Assembly (NCBI RefSeq): GCF_009914755.1
Contig: NC_060939.1
Strand: one strand, 5' to 3'
Length of the DNA: 64,000 bases
From: the human T2T-CHM13v2.0 reference genome, Homo sapiens
The position numbers and the translations under genes were made by a program. Shown here one piece after another: positions 57,619-64,000 of this stretch. Numbering within the stretch: the first letter of the stretch is position 1; every line of letters starts with the position of its first letter. Below the pieces are notes generated by a model. That model was given only the letters and a program-made list of their open reading frames with translations, did no database searches and was not told the DNA's origin.

Positions 57619-59678
57619 TTGGAGCCAGTTATTTGCCTCTGTTTTCTTTTCTCCTGTACTTCCGGTCTGTCACAGGGACACTAGTTCTTCATAAATGCAT
57701 TTCCTCACTAATTCTCAAACAGCTGTTTGGGTGACATTGCTGAAATGTGTATACAAAACATAAACACAGCACCCAAATGTGAGGACTGTTTCCTTTAACA
57801 TGATTATAAAACAAGAGAAACTGAAGTTGACTACAGAGTCAATTCTGAAGCCCAGTCATACAACTAGAAAATGATTGAAAAGATAACTGAAATTTGTTGA
57901 ATTTAATATGCTAAATAAAATATTAAGGCTTTCAGATAAGTCAATGAAGTTATACATTTAAATGTTTAGAAAGAGAATTGTAAATGTCTGTTTAGTAAGA
58001 ATTAGAAAAAGTTCCAGTCTGAGCAGCAGGGAGTGTTCCCTGGTAAATTTCACAAGTTGAAATAGACTCATAACCTACCTTTATAGAATAGCTGAGTGTT
58101 CCGTGATCTCATGTAGTTTAAAGAAGATGTGTTTGTAATGGTATAGGAAACATAGAAAATAATGCATTTTGATATAAGAAAATCACGGTATGGTTGGACA
58201 CATACATTAATGTACACGAGGCACATTGTTTTTTAAAATGGGATGGGCTTGTGTTGACTTGATGAAAATGCAAATTGGTATAGCTATAAGGTGCTGGTTT
58301 TCATGATACATTTTAGGAAAATGATGACTTAGATATTAGGTTATTTTGGGGAGAGAATGAAATTTTTTTGTAAGTGATAGAATTTCAGATACTAAAACTA
58401 CTAATCTTACCTTTGAGTCATGAAAATAATGGATATTGTATTAAATAAGTTTAAGGTACCTCCTTAGATATACAAAGGAACTACCAACTTTGAATGCTTT
58501 TGGCTGAATTTTAACATTTTTATTGATGAGCCTTAGAAGAAATACTTGAACACATATATTGATATTTAGTTGCCAGCTAGTTTAGAAAAAGCTACAGTGA
58601 AATGCCAGAGTAACTTCTGACTTTAAGTTCCAAAGTTCCATTGGTTAGGGAGATTGTTTTCATAATTTATAATTTCCAGGAAAAGGGGAAAATATATATT
58701 GACAGAAACTCTGGTTGGAAGAAATTTTATGGAACCGTTGCCTGGAAGAGTAGTGGGAGTTTTGAATCTTAAGATGGCACCAGAAAAACTTAATGATTTA
58801 GATTAATTAAAGAGACCTTCCATGCTGGCAAAATGCAGACAGAAGTTTTTTTTATTTTAGTTTTATAAAAGTACTTTATATAGCAATGCTTTCTTTATTT
58901 CATCCAAGTAACTTCCCAGACCTTCCACCTGTTCCAGTTTCATTTTGTCTGCCTTTGTTCCTGTTCACTGTCATTGATCTATATATTCGTATAAGAATTT
59001 CATATAGTTTCCTGTCTGACTATACTGTAAGAAGTAACCTAAGAATATGTTGTTATATAAATTCAAGTTTTAGGATAGAGCATAACTGTATATGAGCCAA
59101 TGCATTTTTAAAAAGTATTTAACTCTTTCAGTAAAGTGTTTCTTCCTTTCAGGCAGTGTTTAAAAATTAGTATCTTTCAATCTAAGGAGTCATTAATAAT
59201 TTTAAATTCCCCTTTCTTATAGTAGTGGTTCACACCTGGTTTTCTAGTGAGGGTAAGAGGTGAAGCTATGACATTGGAGCATCTTCTAGAGAGGTTATGT
59301 GGGCAGGGAGAAGAGTCAGAGTCCACCAGGAAACAAAGGTGTAGTCCCATCTCTGTTACTCTCTTGCTGTAGGACTTTGGGGAAGTCACATACCACCCCG
59401 CCACCTCCACAATTTCCTCACCTCTGAAGTGAGGAGATCATTGCAAATCCAATTAGCTCCAATATTTTTTGGTTTTCAAACCTATCTTAAACAGTAGAAT
59501 TCATTCTTGAAGAGAAATTCTGTCACCTGTGGAGCTTTCGGGCATGAAGGTGAGGAAGCCTGGCTGTGCTTGTGAGCACGGGGCTGCCGTCCTTTTCCAC
59601 GCCTTGGCCTCTTGCTGGTGTGGCTGGGCACAAAGAGCCCTCCACCCGGCCTTATAAGTGACTGTTTGTTTGCTTTAG

Positions 59679-59825
59679 GGGCTATCAACAGCAGGACGCC
59701 CATGAATTCATGCGCTACCTTTTGGACCACCTACACTTGGAACTTCAGGGCGGTTTCAACGGTGTTTCCCGCTCAGCAATTCTGCAGGAGAATTCTACTC
59801 TGTCTGCAAGTAACAAGTGTTGCAT
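59679..59825 (+). CDS. USP3: USP3 exon 9 (147 nt): GYQQQDAHEFMRYLLDHLHLELQGGFNGVSRSAILQENSTLSASNKCC(I)
   Basis: Acceptor tgctttag|G, donor CAT|gtaaga. USP QQDAHEF box. Confidence 0.97.
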
Positions 59826-62089
59826 GTAAGATTTAGTTGCCTTCTGTTTTTTAGGAGGGCCTCAGACATTTCTTTTGGTGTTAATTATGTGTTAGATTTA
59901 TAACGGAAGGTAGAGGGGTTTCTTGGACATTTGCTGGAACTTTTCGTGCCCTTGAACTTTGTGACCCAGTGAACTAGCACATACCTCTTGCTTCTAGACC
60001 AGAGGCATCTTGTATTTGCATCCTGATTTAGTTCTGACTGTGATTAATTGGTATAGATTATTTTAAATTTTGAAAAAATAGAAAATATTTGTACAGTTCA
60101 GCATTTAGAAGATTTCCTCCAAATATACTGAATGATAGGCAGGAGACTTAATTTTCATATACCAAAATAATATTTGTTCACTAAAAACAAAAGCTTAAAA
60201 CATTTTGAATGTGAACTTTCCTAAAGCTTCATTATGGACTTGAACTTTCCTAAAGTTTATCTGTTCTTTAATGAAATCGAGGCATTTGTAAGTTCTCAGA
60301 AGTTTTTCTTGCCTCTCAATATGAATAAAACAAAGCTTTTGGATTGCTTTCCCATGTACTAGCAGCCCCCAAGTATACACTGAGATCAGGACACTTATTT
60401 TGCTTGAAGAAGGGAAGATTTAATGTTATTTTAGCCTGGATTTTGGTCAGTTGCAGCCTCCTTTGTTCAAATGTTTTGAAAAGTTTCATCAGTATTGAGC
60501 TTCATGGGAGAGATTTACAAGAAGACAAACTCCCCCCAAACAGAGAGAAAACAGTAAGTAACATATAGGTGTCATTGTATTGCCTGGCAGTCCATAAATC
60601 GGATGTGGTAGGACTACTTCTTTTTAATGGCAAAACAGGCTTATAGCTAACCAAGCAGTGTTAGAAAAGGGCAACCAATGTGAATTGCCATACTTCTCAA
60701 AATGATTGTCCCTCTAGGTCCTAGTAGCTGTGATTCCAATTAGAATCCAATATAGAAAGGGAAGGACCTGTGACCTGGGAGAATTGTTCTTCCTGCTAGC
60801 ACCAAATTAAAAAGTATTAAATGAAAAATTCTGTTTTGTATTTTATCATGGCATATTCATCCACAAAGGATATTGAACTGGGCACTATCATGGATAGGCT
60901 GTGTGAGGTGAGAGAGGGTATATGTCTTTATGATTTTACATGATGCCTGGGCACCCTGTGGAATCACACTGTGTAATACTCAGAATGTTCTTTTAGTGCC
61001 TCATGAGTTTTCAGGATTAATCTATCCCTTTTCATGACATTTTAAAGATTAGGATTGCAAGTTTTATTACTGAGTTAGGGACAGAAACCAAACATTATCA
61101 AATATTAAAAATTCAGATTTCCTTCAGTGCATTGGAAAAGCCATTTCAGGATCTAAGAATATTTGCTACAACTAGAAAAAGGTATCTTGTGCAATGTCTT
61201 TGTTGACTTGTGCACACACACACCTACCCCTACTGAAGGTGAAGGTGAGGATGGTGGTATGGAAGAAATAAGTGGCAGATGTGATCTTTATAGCACATAG
61301 GAAATCATTAGTGCCAGCTAAAGGACCCTAGAATCATAAGAGCCTATCCAATAAGTATTCAATATTTAAACAGTTGTGGTTATAATAAATGAAACTCATT
61401 TTTAATATTAAGTCATGGTATATATGAAACTTAATATTAAACATGTCAGGCAGCTAAAATCTTGATTAGTATCCATTTCTCAGAGGAAGTGATTACAAGG
61501 AAGAACTACATTGAGTCTAAATGTAATTCTTAATGAAGCAGTTTCCATTTTAATTAAAGGCAAACTTGTATGTGAACATCAGCATGAAAGGGTCAGTTAG
61601 AGTCCCTTCATTTTCAGCAGGGTTTTGTTTTTTTTTTTGCTATGTCCTTTTTTAGTGACACAGATATTAAACCTAAAGCTGAAATGGCCACTAGGTCCTA
61701 CAGCTCCCAATCCTTCTTCCCCAATGCCATCTTTTAAAAAAAAATTTAAGACAATATGTCTTACAAACAGTACTTTAAAAAGTAATAATAAAGTTACAGC
61801 CTATTTATTTTGTCAGTAAAGGAAGGAAGCCTTTTCCTAGAAAAGGAATCAAACTTTTCAAATAGAATTGCTCGAGTAGGTTTTGTCATCATTGCAGTAG
61901 GTTTAACTTAAAGTGGCCTAGAAAATACACTTCAGTGTTTAGGAGTAATTGATTCAAGTGACAGAAACTACCTTATATTGCTATTAGCAAAAAAGAGCGT
62001 GTATTGGCTCAAGTAACTCCGTAAGTGCACGAAGGCTAATAGACAAGTGTTCATGTAGTACTATTAATGATAGCAAACAATTGAAAGAG

Positions 62090-62620
62090 CTGTGTTAAGA
62101 ACAGATATTCAGGCCAGACCAGCAGTATGACCTTGGACTAACTTAACCTCAGCGTCCTCATCTACAACATGGGGCTAACAGTAGCTACTTTACAGGTGTG
62201 TTGTGAAGATTAATTGATTGACTAGATGGAAAGAATGTGCTTGGAATGGAGCCTGCGTGTAGTAAGTGCTATTATAAGTGCCTACTACTCCTGGTCTCAC
62301 TGGTACGCTTTCTCAGTAGTTCTTGCTTCCATTGTATGTCCATACTCTGACACACAGTGGGGCTGTCAGGAAGAATGAGGTACCTGTTTAAGATACACAC
62401 TTAGGGAAAAACATAAAAGTAAGAAGCAGGTGTAATCTGACTTCATACTAATAAAATAGTGGCAAACACTTTAAGTGCTTTATTTTTGGTAAGTGCTCTT
62501 CTAAAAGCACTTCACATACACAACTCTCTCATCTACACACTGAGCCTCTGTGGTGGGTACTCTTCCTGTATTCCTGTTTTATATCTGATGGAGCAGAGGC
62601 ATAAAAAGGTTAAATAACAT
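62090..62620. mobile_element. Two MIR fragments in opposite orientation
   Basis: cctcagcgtcctcatctacaacatggggc (~62150) and ctgttttatatctgatggagcagaggcataaaaaggttaaataac (~62580). Confidence 0.6.
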
Positions 62621-63291
62621 TAGGGCAGGTGGTTTTGAAAATCGTTCTTAAAACAGTATATTCTTCATCTCCACAAGGAAATTATTTGCAATATTAAGTG
62701 AGCTTTTTAAAAAGTGTTCTCCGCAGTAATATCCAGAATTTTCAATTGTGAAGTCTTACTTCCAGCAGTAATTACTAAATCTGTATTAAATTCCTTTACT
62801 TCCTTTTCCCCAAATCTGACAGATGGCTGTATAAAAACTCTAAAACTATCTCAGATCAAGGATGTTCAAAGTCAAGTAATTGTGAGAGTTCCCTGTAATG
62901 TAAGAGGCCTTGCAAAGATTCCAATACAAGGCAGTTTCATCCTTTTGAGGCCTAACTTGGGGAGGAAATGGAAGGAGTCATGTTGCCCTGTGCAGAGTCA
63001 TGCATGTGATCTGTGTTATGATAGCAAATGGCCAGTGTTAGTTACTCTTGGGGAAAGTAGTGGGATTGGATGAGGGCATTGGGGGAGGCCAGTGTAGCTT
63101 AAACCTTTTATTTAGTATGTGTCTGTATGGTTTTGAAATTTTTATATTATTTTTTAACTTAGAAATAAATGACTTAAATATTCCCTCAAAGGCAGTCATC
63201 TGTAGGGGCTTTAACAAATATTTGTAGTTTTTTAAATGTCAAAGAGATGGCTTCTTACTGAGATATTTTCCTGTGTGGTGATTTTGTTTAG

Positions 63292-63398
63292 AAATGGAGC
63301 ATCTACTGTTGTCACGGCTATATTCGGAGGCATTCTCCAAAATGAGGTTAACTGCCTCATATGTGGGACAGAATCTAGAAAGTTTGATCCATTCCTAG
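63292..63398 (+). CDS. USP3: USP3 exon 10 (107 nt): NGASTVVTAIFGGILQNEVNCLICGTESRKFDPFL
   Basis: Acceptor ttttgtttag|A, donor TAG|gtaaga. IFxG...CxxC finger motif; partly seen in ORF 63236..63439. Confidence 0.97.
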
Positions 63399-63568
63399 GT
63401 AAGATATATGTGGCATGTGGATATATAATATTTTATTAAAATAAATTTAATGTTTCCTTCAAAAAATAAGTGTAAAGAGAAATCTAGAAATACATCAGTT
63501 TGTGAAATTATTTTGAATGGACATATATGCCTTTAACAGCTCTCTGTTTACCTCTCTCTCCTTTTAAG

Positions 63569-63649
63569 ACCTTTCATTAGATATTCCAAGTCAGTTCAGA
63601 AGTAAGCGCTCTAAGAATCAAGAAAATGGACCAGTTTGTTCGTTACGAG
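63569..63649 (+). CDS. USP3: USP3 exon 11 (81 nt): (D)LSLDIPSQFRSKRSKNQENGPVCSLR
   Basis: Acceptor ctccttttaag|AC, donor GAG|gtaaag. DLSLxIP USP motif; follows a 170-nt intron. Confidence 0.96.
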
Positions 63650-64000
63650 GTAAAGATACTTGAATGTTCTAAAAATTTTTTTCTTTAAATAATTGAATAG
63701 ATTGATAAGCTTCATCTATATGTGGTATCTTTAATTAATATCTTTAATGAATCTGTGTTGTAACTTAACAAAAGTCAAACTTGAATGTCTTTTCCTACTC
63801 CCCAAAATGTTATTGAATAAGAATGTGTGCCATAAGATATTGTGTGAAGCATAAAATATTTCTCACCTTTTTCTTCTTTGTAATACTGACTTTAAAATAG
63901 AAGGTCTGTAGCAAAAGTTTTTCTGACCAAATGAAACAGAAGTTATTCTGTGGTTATCCCACTAGCATCTATAGGAAGAAAGAATACTCAGCAGAGTTTT

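Overview
Human/primate genomic DNA (AT-rich, Alu-dense) lying entirely inside the USP3 (ubiquitin-specific peptidase 3) gene on the + strand. The window begins in the long first intron (exon 1 and promoter are upstream and not seen). It contains ten canonical GT-AG coding exons (exons 2-11, 1005 nt, residues ~31-366), encoding the ZnF-UBP domain, a KKRK basic patch, the catalytic Cys box GLRNLGNTCFMN and the QQDAHEF box, and ends in intron 11. The introns hold about 30 Alu/FLAM copies (several nested), old L1/HAL1 remnants, MIRs, MaLR LTRs, a fossil hAT-Charlie transposon with recognisable transposase fragments, and a MER85 piggyBac MITE. I see no prokaryote-type system, CRISPR array, tRNA or rRNA, and most ORFs in the track are Alu, microsatellite or chance artefacts. 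The most interesting signals are at the RNA-processing level: (1) exon 3 begins with GTATGT, so splicing to exon 2 rebuilds a strong 5' splice site (recursive-splicing configuration), and the exon is bracketed by inverted Alus; (2) an Alu-derived cassette exon in intron 1 could supply a new in-frame start codon; (3) a candidate poison exon in intron 3 creates TGA at the junction; (4) exon phases allow stop-free circular ORFs. Also noted: a CRE/NF-kB/IRF-like motif cluster, a 67-bp dispersed duplication with transition-only substitutions, and a 201-nt pure pyrimidine tract. Gene identity and exon numbering come from recognising the translated sequence. Repeat subfamily calls and repeat boundaries are by eye and approximate.
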